In this document: in pieces, positions 13,101 through 26,672 of the stretch
How positions within the stretch are numbered: the stretch's first letter is position 1
How the letters are laid out: each line of letters starts with the position of its first letter
Source: Auanema rhodensis
Lineage: Eukaryota > Animalia > Nematoda
DNA: 64,000 nucleotides
Assembly (NCBI GenBank): GCA_964057225.1
Contig: OZ059899.1
Location: 3,348,001 to 3,412,000 of the forward strand
Direction: 5' to 3'
Made by a program: the position numbers and the translations under genes
Notes under the pieces: generated by a model
The model's database searches: none
What the model saw: the letters and a program-made list of their open reading frames with translations, nothing else
Told to the model about the DNA's origin: nothing

Positions 13101-16100
13101 TGTATTAAGTGTTTCTCAATGTAGTATAGTGCATTCGATGCGGATTTTTAAGCTGCTTCGATCTGTGTTATCAGATTTGCGCTAGCTTAAAAATGCACCG
13201 AGATATCAACTGATATAAGTTCACACTTATATCCTCGATTTTCACCCTGAAGAAATAATTTTTTCGTTGAATAACATTGTCCATCGTCTTTGCCTTGAAA
13301 AAAGGAATCTAAAAACATCTACTTTTTGCTAAATTATTTTGAAATTTTTCGAAAAAATTTTTGTCAAAATGTTTTTGGAAGCAATGTTGAGTGTACATGG
13401 AAACTCAACATACACTAATGCATCATTTTTCAAACGATCATAACTAATTTTTGTATTAAGCGTTTCTCAATGTAGTATAGTGCATTCGATGCGGATTTTT
13501 AAGCTGCGTCGATCTGTGTTATCAGATTTGCGCTAGCTTAAAAATGCACCGAGATATCAACTGATATAAGTTCACACTTATATCCTCGATTTTCACCCTG
13601 AAGAATTAATTTTTTCGTTGAATAACATTGTCCATCGTCTTTGCCTTGAAAAATGGAATCTAAAAACATCTACTTTTTGCTAAATTATTTTGAAATTTTT
13701 CGAAAAAATTTTTGTCAAAATGTTTTTGGAAGCAATGTTGAGTGTACATGGAAACTCAACATACACTAATGCATCATTTTTCAAACGATCATAACTAATT
13801 TTTGTATTAAGCGTTTCTCAATGTAGTATAGTGCATTCGATGCGGATTTTCAAGCTGCGTCGATCTGTGTTATCAGATTTGCGCTAGCTTAAAAATGCAC
13901 CGAGATATCAACTGATATAAGTTCACACATATATACCCGATTTTCACCCTGAAGAATTAATTTTTTCGTTAAATAACCTTGTCCATCGTTTTTGTCTTAA
14001 AAAATAGAATCTAAAAACATCTACTTTTTGCTAAATTATTTTGAAATTTTTCGAAAAAATTTTTGTCAAAATGTTTTTGGAAGCAATGTTGAGTGTACAT
14101 GGAAACTCAACATACACTAATGCATCATTTTTCAAACGATCATAACTAATTTTTGTATTAAGCGTTTCTCAATGTAGTATAGTGCATTCGATGCGGATTT
14201 TCAAGCTGCGTCGATCTGTGTTATCAGATTTGCGCTAGCTTAAAAATGCACCGAGATATCAACTGATATAAGTTCACACATATATACCCGATTTTCACCC
14301 TGAAGAATTAATTTTTTCGTTAAATAACCTTGTCCATCGTCTTTGTCTTGAAAAATAGAATCTAAAAACATCTACTTTTTGCTAAATTATTTTGAAATTT
14401 TTCGAAAAAATTTTTGTCAAAATGTTTTTGGAAGCAATGTTGAGTGTACATGGAAACTCAACATACACTAATGCATCATTTTTCAAACGATCATAACTAA
14501 TTTTTGTATCAAGTGTTTCTCAATGTAGTATAGTGCATTCGATGCGGATTTTTAAGCTGCGTCGATCTGTGTTATCAGATTTGCGCTAGCTTAAAAATGC
14601 ACCGAGATATCAACTGATATAAGTTCACACATATATACCCGATTTTCACCCTGAAGAATTAATTTTTTCGTTAAATAACCTTGTCCATCGTTTTTGTCTT
14701 AAAAAATAGAATCATAAAACATCTACTTTTTGCTAAATTATTTTGAAATTTTTCGAAAAAATTTTTGTCAAAATGTTTTTGGAAGCAATGTTGAGTGTAC
14801 ATGGAAACTCAACATACACTAATGCATCATTTTTCAAACGATCATAACTAATTTTTGTATTAAGCGTTTCTCAATGTAGTATAGTGCATTCGATGCGGAT
14901 TTTCAAGCTGCGTCGATCTGTGTTATCAGATTTGCGCTAGCTTAAAAATGCACCGAGATATCAACTGATATAAGTTCACACATATATACCCGATTTTCAC
15001 CCTGAAGAATTAATTTTTTCGTTAAATAACCTTGTCCATCGTTTTTGTCTTAAAAAATAGAATCTAAAAACATCTACTTTTTGCTAAGTTATTTTGAAAT
15101 TTTTCGAAAAAATTTTTGTCAAAATGTTTTTGGAAGCAATGTTGAGTGTACATGGAAACTCAACATACACTAATGCATCATTTTTCAAACGATCATAACT
15201 AATTTTTGTATTAAGCGTTTCTCAATGTAGTATAGTGCATTCGATGCGGATTTTCAAGCTGCGTCGATCTGTGTTATCAGATTTGCGCTAGCTTAAAAAT
15301 GCACCGAGATATCAACTGATATAAGTTCACACATATATACCCGATTTTCACCCTGAAGAATTAATTTTTTCGTTAAATAACCTTGTCCATCGTTTTTGTC
15401 TTGAAAAATAGAATCTTAAAACATCTACTTTTTGCTAAATTATTTTGAAATTTTTCGAAAAAATTTTTGTCAAAATGTTTTTGGAAGCAATGTTGAGTGT
15501 ACATGGAAACTCAACATATACTAATGCATCATTTTTCAAACGATCATAACTAATTTTTGTATCAAGTGTTTCTCAATGTAGTATAGTGCATTCGATGCGG
15601 ATTTTTAAGCTGCGTCGATCTGTGTTATCAGATTTGCGCTAGCTTAAAAATGCACCGAGATATCAACTGATATAAGTTCACACTTATATCCTCGATTTTC
15701 ACCCTGAATAATTAATTTTTTCGTTGAATAACATTGTCTATCGTCTTTGCCTTGAGAAATGGAATCTAAAAACATCTACTTTTTGCTAAATTATTTTGAA
15801 ATTTTTTGAAAAAATTTTTGTCAAAATGTTTTTGGAAGCAATGTTGAGTGTACATGGAAACTCAACATACACTAATGCATCATTTTTCAAACGATGATAA
15901 CTAATTTTTGTATTAAGCGTTTCTCAATGTAGTATAGTGCATTCGATGCGGATTTTTAAGCTGCGTCGATCTGTGTTATCAGATTTGCGCTAGCTTAAAA
16001 ATGCACCGAGATATCAACTGATATAAGTTCACACTTATATCCTCGATTTTCACCCTGAATAATTAATTTTTTCGTTGAATAACATTGTCTATCGTCTTTG

Positions 16101-16845
16101 CCTTGAGAAATGGAATCTAAAAACATCTACTTTTTGCTAAATTATTTTGAAATTTTTCGAATAAATTTTTGTCAAAATGTTTTTGGAAGCAATGTTGAGT
16201 GTACATGGAAACTCAACATACACTAATGCATCATTTTTCAAACGATCATAACTAATTTTTGTATTAAGCGTTTCTCAATGTAGTATAGTGCATTCGATGC
16301 GGATTTTTAAGCTGCTTCGATCTGTGTTATCAGATTTGCGCTAGCTTAAAAATGCACCGAGATATCAACTGATATAAGTTCACACTTATATCCTCGATTT
16401 TCACCCTGAAGAAATAATTTTTTCGTTGAATAACATTGTCCATCGTCTTTGCCTTGAAAAAAGGAATCTAAAAACATCTACTTTTTGCTAAATTATTTTA
16501 AATTTTTCGAAAAAATTTTTGTCAAAATGTTTTTGGAAGCAATGTTGAGTGTACATGGAAACTCAACATACACTAATGCATCATTTTTCAAACGATCATA
16601 ACTAATTTTTGTATTAAGCGTTTCTCAATGTAGTATAGTGCATTCGATGCGGATTTTCAAGCTGCGTCGATCTGTGTTATCAGATTTGCGCTAGCTTAAA
16701 AATGCACCGAGATATCAACTGATATAAGTTCACACATATATACCCGATTTTCACCCTGAAGAATTAATTTTTTCGTTAAATAACCTTGTCCATCGTTTTT
16801 GTCTTAAAAAATAGAATCTAAAAACATCTACTTTTTGCTAAATTA
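10179..16845. repeat. Second 11-monomer (3860 bp) duplication in a different register
   Basis: m30-m36 match m41-m47; cgaataaa at ~12302/~16162; the ttttaaa deletion at ~12640/~16500. Confidence 0.88.
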
Positions 16846-19800
16846 TTTTGAAATTTTTCGAAAAAATTTTTGTCAAAATGTTTTTGGAAGCAATGTTGAG
16901 TGTACATGGAAACTCAACATACACTAATGCATCATTTTTCAAACGATCATAACTAATTTTTGTATTAAGCGTTTCTCAATGTAGTATAGTGCATTCGATG
17001 CGGATTTTCAAGCTGCGTCGATCTGTGTTATCAGATTTGCGCTAGCTTAAAAATGCACCGAGATATCAACTGATATAAGTTCACACATATATACCCGATT
17101 TTCACCCTGAAGAATTAATTTTTTCGTTAAATAACCTTGTCCATCGTCTTTGTCTTGAAAAATAGAATCTAAAAACATCTACTTTTTGCTAAATTATTTT
17201 GAAATTTTTCGAAAAAATTTTTGTCAAAATGTTTTTGGAAGCAATGTTGAGTGTACATGGAAACTCAACATACACTAATGCATCATTTTTCAAACGATCA
17301 TAACTAATTTTTGTATCAAGTGTTTCTCAATGTAGTATAGTGCATTCGATGCGGATTTTTAAGCTGCGTCGATCTGTGTTATCAGATTTGCGCTAGCTTA
17401 AAAATGCACCGAGATATCAACTGATATAAGTTCACACATATATACCCGATTTTCACCCTGAAGAATTAATTTTTTCGTTAAATAACCTTGTCCATCGTTT
17501 TTGTCTTAAAAAATAGAATCATAAAACATCTACTTTTTGCTAAATTATTCTGAAATTTTTCGAAAAAATTTTTGTCAAAATGTTTTTGGAAGCAATGTTG
17601 AGTGTACATGGAAACTCAACATACACTAATGCATCATTTTTCAAACGATCATAACTAATTTTTGTATTAAGCGTTTCTCAATGTAGTATAGTGCATTCGA
17701 TGCGGATTTTCAAGCTGCGTCGATCTGTGTTATCAGATTTGCGCTAGCTTAAAAATGCACCGAGATATCAACTGATATAAGTTCACACATATATACCCGA
17801 TTTTCACCCTGAAGAATTAATTTTTTCGTTAAATAACCTTGTCCATCGTTTTTGTCTTAAAAAATAGAATCTAAAAACATCTACTTTTTGCTAAATTATT
17901 TTGAAATTTTTCGAAAAAATTTTTGTCAAAATGTTTTTGGAAGCAATGTTGAGTGTACATGGAAACTCAACATACACTAATGCATCATTTTTCAAACGAT
18001 CATAACTAATTTTTGTATTAAGCGTTTCTCAATGTAGTATAGTGCATTCGATGCGGATTTTCAAGCTGCGTCGATCTGTGTTATCAGATTTGCGCTAGCT
18101 TAAAAATGCACCGAGATATCAACTGATATAAGTTCACACATATATACCCGATTTTCACCCTGAAGAATTAATTTTTTCGTTAAATAACCTTGTCCATCGT
18201 CTTTGTCTTGAAAAATAAAATCTAAAAACATCTACTTTTTGCTAAATTATTTTGAAATTTTTCGAAAAAATTTTTGTCAAAATGTTTTTGGAAGCAATGT
18301 TGAGTATACATGGAAACTCAACATATACTAATGCATCATTTTTCAAACGATCATAACTAATTTTTGTATCAAGTGTTTCTCAATGTAGTATAGTGCATTC
18401 GATGCGGATTTTCAAGCTGCGTCGATCTGTGTTATCAGATTTGCGCTAGCTTAAAAATGCACCGAGATATCAACTGATATAAGTTCACACATATATACCC
18501 GATTTTCACCCTGAAGAATTAATTTTTTCGTTAAATAACCTTGTCCATCGTTTTTGTCTTAAAAAATAGAATCTAAAAACATCTACTTTTTGCTAAATTA
18601 TTTTGAAATTTTTCGAAAAAATTTTTGTCAAAATGTTTTTGGAAGCAATGTTGAGTGTACATGGAAACTCAACATACACTAATGCATCATTTTTCAAACG
18701 ATCATAACTAATTTTTGTATTAAGCGTTTCTCAATGTAGTATAGTGCATTCGATGCGGATTTTCAAGCTGCGTCGATCTGTGTTATCAGATTTGCGCTAG
18801 CTTAAAAATGCACCGAGATATCAACTGATATAAGTTCACACATATATACCCGATTTTCACCCTGAAGAATTAATTTTTTCGTTAAATAACCTTGTCCATC
18901 GTCTTTGTCTTGAAAAATAGAATCTAAAAACATCTACTTTTTGCTAAATTATTCTGAAATTTTTCGAAAAAATTTTTGTCAAAATGTTTTTGGAAGCAAT
19001 GTTGAGTGTACATGGAAACTCAACATACACTAATGCATCATTTTTCAAACGATCATAACTAATTTTTGTATCAAGTGTTTCTCAATGTAGTATAGTGCAT
19101 TCGATGCGGATTTTTAAGCTGCGTCGATCTGTGTTATCAGATTTGCGCTAGCTTAAAAATGCACCGAGATATCAACTGATATAAGTTCACACATATATAC
19201 CCGATTTTCACCCTGAAGAATTAATTTTTTCGTTAAATAACCTTGTCCATCGTTTTTGTCTTAAAAAATAGAATCATAAAACATCTACTTTTTGCTAAAT
19301 TATTTTGAAATTTTTCGAAAAAATTTTTGTCAAAATGTTTTTGGAAGCAATGTTGAGTGTACATGGAAACTCAACATACACTAATGCATCATTTTTCAAA
19401 CGATCATAACTAATTTTTGTATTAAGCGTTTCTCAATGTAGTATAGTGCATTCGATGCGGATTTTCAAGCTGCGTCGATCTGTGTTATCAGATTTGCGCT
19501 AGCTTAAAAATGCACCGAGATATCAACTGATATAAGTTCACACATATATACCCGATTTTCACCCTGAAGAATTAATTTTTTCGTTAAATAACCTTGTCCA
19601 TCGTTTTTGTCTTAAAAAATAGAATCTAAAAACATCTACTTTTTGCTAAATTATTTTGAAATTTTTCGAAAAAATTTTTGTCAAAATGTTTTTGGAAGCA
19701 ATGTTGAGTGTACATGGAAACTCAACATACACTAATGCATCATTTTTCAAACGATCATAACTAATTTTTGTATTAAGCGTTTCTCAATGTAGTATAGTGC

Positions 19801-22800
19801 ATTCGATGCGGATTTTCAAGCTGCGTCGATCTGTGTTATCAGATTTGCGCTAGCTTAAAAATGCACCGAGATATCAACTGATATAAGTTCACACATATAT
19901 ACCCGATTTTCACCCTGAAGAATTAATTTTTTCGTTAAATAACCTTGTCCATCGTTTTTGTCTTAAAAAATTGAATCTAAAAACATCTACTTTTTGCTAA
20001 ATTATTTTGAAATTTTTCGAAAAAATTTTTGTCAAAATGTTTTTGGAAGCAATGTTGAGTGTACATGGAAACTCAACATACACTAATGCATCATTTTTCA
20101 AACGATCATAACTAATTTTTGTATCAAGTGTTTCTCAATGTAGTATAGTGCATTCGATGCGGATTTTTAAGCTGCGTCGATCTGTGTTATCAGATTTGCG
20201 CTAGCTTAAAAATGCACCGAGATATCAACTGATATAAGTTCACACATATATACCCGATTTTCACCCTGAAGAATTAATTTTTTCGTTAAATAACCTTGTC
20301 CATCGTTTTTGTCTTAAAAAATAGAATCTAAAAACATCTACTTTTTGCTAAATTATTTTGAAATTTTTCGAAAAAATTTTTGTCAAAATGTTTTTGGAAG
20401 CAATGTTGAGTGTACATGGAAACTCAACATACACTAATGCATCATTTTTCAAACGATCATAACTAATTTTTGTATTAAGCGTTTCTCAATGTAGTATAGT
20501 GCATTCGATGCGGATTTTCAAGCTGCGTCGATCTGTGTTATCAGATTTGCGCTAGCTTAAAAATGCACCGAGATATCAACTGATATAAGTTCACACATAT
20601 ATACCCGATTTTCACCCTGAAGAATTAATTTTTTCGTTAAATAACCTTGTCCATCGTTTTTGTCTTAAAAAATAGAATCTAAAAACATCTACTTTTTGCT
20701 AAATTATTTTGAAATTTTTCGAAAAAATTTTTGTCAAAATGTTTTTGGAAGCAATGTTGAGTGTACATGGAAACTCAACATACACTAATGCATCATTTTT
20801 CAAACGATCATAACTAATTTTTGTATCAAGTGTTTCTCAATGTAGTATAGTGCATTCGATGCGGATTTTTAAGCTGCGTCGATCTGTGTTATCAGATTTG
20901 CGCTAGCTTAAAAATGCACCGAGATATCAACTGATATAAGTTCACACATATATACCCGATTTTCACCCTGAAGAATTAATTTTTTCGTTAAATAACCTTG
21001 TCCATCGTTTTTGTCTTAAAAAATAGAATCATAAAACATCTACTTTTTGCTAAATTATTTTGAAATTTTTCGAAAAAATTTTTGTCAAAATGTTTTTGGA
21101 AGCAATGTTGAGTGTACATGGAAACTCAACATACACTAATGCATCATTTTTCAAACGATCATAACTAATTTTTGTATTAAGCGTTTCTCAATGTAGTATA
21201 GTGCATTCGATGCGGATTTTCAAGCTGCGTCGATCTGTGTTATCAGATTTGCGCTAGCTTAAAAATGCACCGAGATATCAACTGATATAAGTTCACACAT
21301 ATATACCCGATTTTCACCCTGAAGAATTAATTTTTTCGTTAAATAACCTTGTCCATCGTTTTTGTCTTAAAAAATAGAATCTAAAAACATCTACTTTTTG
21401 CTAAATTATTTTGAAATTTTTCGAAAAAATTTTTGTCAAAATGTTTTTGGAAGCAATGTTGAGTGTACATGGAAACTCAACATACACTAATGCATCATTT
21501 TTCAAACGATCATAACTAATTTTTGTATCAAGTGTTTCTCAATGTAGTATAGTGCATTCGATGCGGATTTTTAAGCTGCGTCGATCTGTGTTATCAGATT
21601 TGCGCTAGCTTAAAAATGCACCGAGATATCAACTGATATAAGTTCACACATATATACCCGATTTTCACCCTGAAGAATTAATTTTTTCGTTAAATAACCT
21701 TGTCCATCGTTTTTGTCTTAAAAAATAGAATCTAAAAACATCTACTTTTTGCTAAATTATTTTGAAATTTTTCGAAAAAATTTTTGTCAAAATGTTTTTG
21801 GAAGCAATGTTGAGTGTACATGGAAACTCAACATACACTAATGCATCATTTTTCAAACGATCATAACTAATTTTTGTATCAAGTGTTTCTCAATGTAGTA
21901 TAGTGCATTCGATGCGGATTTTTAAGCTGCGTCGATCTGTGTTATCAGATTTGCGCTAGCTTAAAAATGCACCGAGATATCAACTGATATAAGTTCACAC
22001 ATATATACCCGATTTTCACCCTGAAGAATTAATTTTTTCGTTAAATAACCTTGTCCATCGTTTTTGTCTTAAAAAATAGAATCATAAAACATCTACTTTT
22101 TGCTAAATTATTTTGAAATTTTTCGAAAAAATTTTTGTCAAAATGTTTTTGGAAGCAATGTTGAGTGTACATGGAAACTCAACATACACTAATGCATCAT
22201 TTTTCAAACGATCATAACTAATTTTTGTATTAAGCGTTTCTCAATGTAGTATAGTGCATTCGATGCGGATTTTCAAGCTGCGTCGATCTGTGTTATCAGA
22301 TTTGCGCTAGCTTAAAAATGCACCGAGATATCAACTGATATAAGTTCACACATATATACCCGATTTTCACCCTGAAGAATTAATTTTTTCGTTAAATAAC
22401 CTTGTCCATCGTTTTTGTCTTAAAAAATAGAATCTAAAAACATCTACTTTTTGCTAAATTATTTTGAAATTTTTCGAAAAAATTTTTGTCAAAATGTTTT
22501 TGGAAGCAATGTTGAGTGTACATGGAAACTCAACATACACTAATGCATCATTTTTCAAACGATCATAACTAATTTTTGTATTAAGCGTTTCTCAATGTAG
22601 TATAGTGCATTCGATGCGGATTTTCAAGCTGCGTCGATCTGTGTTATCAGATTTGCGCTAGCTTAAAAATGCACCGAGATATCAACTGATATAAGTTCAC
22701 ACATATATACCCGATTTTCACCCTGAAGAATTAATTTTTTCGTTAAATAACCTTGTCCATCGTTTTTGTCTTAAAAAATAGAATCTAAAAACATCTACTT

Positions 22801-23865
22801 TTTGCTAAATTATTTTGAAATTTTTCGAAAAAATTTTTGTCAAAATGTTTTTGGAAGCAATGTTGAGTGTACATGGAAACTCAACATACACTAATGCATC
22901 ATTTTTCAAACGATCATAACTAATTTTTGTATCAAGTGTTTCTCAATGTAGTATAGTGCATTCGATGCGGATTTTTAAGCTGCGTCGATCTGTGTTATCA
23001 GATTTGCGCTAGCTTAAAAATGCACCGAGATATCAACTGATATAAGTTCACACATATATACCCGATTTTCACCCTGAAGAATTAATTTTTTCGTTAAATA
23101 ACCTTGTCCATCGTTTTTGTCTTAAAAAATAGAATCTAAAAACATCTACTTTTTGCTAAATTATTTTGAAATTTTTCGAAAAAATTTTTGTCAAAATGTT
23201 TTTGGAAGCAATGTTGAGTGTACATGGAAACTCAACATACACTAATGCATCATTTTTCAAACGATCATAACTAATTTTTGTATTAAGCGTTTCTCAATGT
23301 AGTATAGTGCATTCGATGCGGATTTTCAAGCTGCGTCGATCTGTGTTATCAGATTTGCGCTAGCTTAAAAATGCACCGAGATATCAACTGATATAAGTTC
23401 ACACATATATACCCGATTTTCACCCTGAAGAATTAATTTTTTCGTTAAATAACCTTGTCCATCGTTTTTGTCTTAAAAGATAGAATCTAAAAACATCTAC
23501 TTTTTGCTAAATTATTTTGAAATTTTTCGAAAAAATTTTTGTCAAAATGTTTTTGGAAGCAATGTTGAGTGTACATGGAAACTCAACATACACTAATGCA
23601 TCATTTTTCAAACGATCATAACTAATTTTTGTATTAAGCGTTTCTCAATGTAGTATAGTGCATTCGATGCGGATTTTCAAGCTGCGTCGATCTGTGTTAT
23701 CAGATTTGCGCTAGCTTAAAAATGCACCGAGATATCAACTGATATAAGTTCACACATATATACCCGATTTTCACCCTGAAGAATTAATTTTTTCGTTAAA
23801 TAACCTTGTCCATCGTCTTTGTCTTGAAAAATAAAATCTAAAAACATCTACTTTTTGCTAAATTA
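16496..23865. repeat. Pure type-B domain (m48-m68, 21 monomers)
   Basis: All copies carry catatatacccg, ttaaataacctt and gtctt instead of cttatatcctcg, ttgaataacatt and gcctt. Confidence 0.9.
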
Positions 23866-26672
23866 TTTTGAAATTTTTCGAAAAAATTTTTGTCAAAATG
23901 TTTTTGGAAGCAATGTTGAGTGTACATGGAAACTCAACATATACTAATGCATCATTTTTCAAACGATCATAACTAATTTTTGTATCAAGTGTTTCTCAAT
24001 GTAGTATAGTGCATTCGATGCGGATTTTTAAGCTGCGTCGATCTGTGTTATCAGATTTGCGCTAGCTTAAAAATGCACCGAGATATCAACTGATATAAGT
24101 TCACACTTATATCCTCGATTTTCACCCTGAAGAATTAATTTTTTCGTTGAATAACATTGTCTATCGTCTTTGCCTTGAGAAATGGAATCTAAAAACATCT
24201 ACTTTTTGCTAAATTATTTTGAAATTTTTCGAAAAAATTTTTGTCAAAATGTTTTTGGAAGCAATGTTGAGTGTACATGGAAACTCAACATACACTAATG
24301 CATCATTTTTCAAACGATCATAACTAATTTTTGTATTAAGCGTTTCTCAATGTAGTATAGTGCATTCGATGCGGATTTTCAAGCTGCGTCGATCTGTGTT
24401 ATCAGATTTGCGCTAGCTTAAAAATGCACCGAGATATCAACTGATATAAGTTCACACATATATACCCGATTTTCACCCTGAAGAATTAATTTTTTCGTTA
24501 AATAACCTTGTCCATCGTTTTTGTCTTAAAAAATAGAATCTTAAAACATCTACTTTTTGCTAAATTATTTTGAAATTTTTCGAAAAAATTTTTGTCAAAA
24601 TGTTTTTGGAAGCAATGTTGAGTGTACATGGAAACTCAACATACACTAATGCATCATTTTTCAAACGATCATAACTAATTTTTGTATTAAGCGTTTCTCA
24701 TTGTAGTATAGTGCATTCGATGCGGATTTTCAAGCTGCGTCGATCTGTGTTATCAGATTTGCGCTAGCTTAAAAATGCACCGAGATATCAACTGATATAA
24801 GTTCACACATATATACCCGATTTTCACCCTGAAGAATTAATTTTTTCGTTAAATAACCTTGTCCATCGTTTTTGTCTTAAAAAATAGAATCTAAAAACAT
24901 CTACTTTTTGCTAAATTATTTTGAAATTTTTCGAAAAAATTTTTGTCAAAATGTTTTTGGAAGCAATGTTGAGTGTACAAGGAAACTCAACATACACTAA
25001 TGCATCATTTTTCAAACGATCATAACTAATTTTTGTATTAAGCGTTTCTCAATGTAGTATAGTGCATTCGATGCGGATTTTCAAGCTGCGTCCATCTGTG
25101 TTATCAGATTTGCGCTAGCTTAAAAATGCACCGAGATATCAACTGATATAAGTTCACACATATATACCCGATTTTCACCCTGAAGAATTAATTTTTTCGT
25201 TAAATAACCTTGTCCATCGTCTTTGTCTTGAAAAATAGAATCTAAAAACATCTACTTTTTGCTAAATTATTTTGAAATTTTTCGAAAAAATTTTTGTCAA
25301 AATGTTTTTGGAAGCAATGTTGAGTGTACATGGAAACTCAACATATACTAATGCATCATTTTTCAAACGATCATAACTAATTTTTGTATTAAGCGTTTCT
25401 CAATGTAGTATAGTGCATTCGATGCGGATTTTTAAGCTGCGTCGATCTGTGTTATCAGATTTGCGCTAGCTTAAAAATGCACCGAGATATCAACTGATAT
25501 AAGTTCACACTTATATCCTCGATTTTCACCCTGAAGAATTAATTTTTTCGTTGAATAACATTGTCTATCGTCTTTGCCTTGAGAAATGGAATCTAAAAAC
25601 ATCTACTTTTTGCTAAATTATTTTGAAATTTTTCGAAAAAATTTTTGTCAAAATGTTTTTGGAAGCAATGTTGAGTGTACATGGAAACTCAACATACACT
25701 AATGCATCATTTTTCAAACGATCATAACTAATTTTTGTATTAAGCGTTTCTCAATGTAGTATAGTGCATTCGATGCGGATTTTCAAGCTGCGTCGATCTG
25801 TGTTATCAGATTTGCGCTAGCTTAAAAATGCACCGAGATATCAACTGATATAAGTTCACACATATATACCCGATTTTCACCCTGAAGAATTAATTTTTTC
25901 GTTAAATAACCTTGTCCATCGTCTTTGTCTTGAAAAATAAAATCTAAAAACATCTACTTTTTGCTAAATTATTTTGAAATTTTTCGAAAAAATTTTTGTC
26001 AAAATGTTTTTGGAAGCAATGTTGAGTGTACATGGAAACTCAACATATACTAATGCATCATTTTTCAAACGATCATAACTAATTTTTGTATCAAGTGTTT
26101 CTCAATGTAGTATAGTGCATTCGATGCGGATTTTTAAGCTGCGTCGATCTGTGTTATCAGATTTGCGCTAGCTTAAAAATGCACCGAGATATCAACTGAT
26201 ATAAGTTCACACTTATATCCTCGATTTTCACCCTGAAGAATTAATTTTTTCGTTGAATAACATTGTCTATCGTCTTTGCCTTGAGAAATGGAATCTAAAA
26301 ACATCTACTTTTTGCTAAATTATTTTGAAATTTTTCGAAAAAATTTTGTCAAAATGTTTTTGGAAGCAATGTTGAGTGTACATGGAAACTCAACATACAC
26401 TAATGCATCATTTTTCAAACGATCATAACTAATTTTTGTATTAAGCGTTTCTCAATGTAGTATAGTGCATTCGATGCGGATTTTTAAGCTGCGTCGATCT
26501 GTGTTATCAGATTTGCGCTAGCTTAAAAATGCACCGAGATATCAACTGATATAAGTTCACACTTATATCCTCGATTTTCACCCTGAAGAATTAATTTTTT
26601 CGTTGAATAACATTGTCTATCGTCTTTGCCTTGAGAAATGGAATCTAAAAACATCTACTTTTTGCTAAATTA

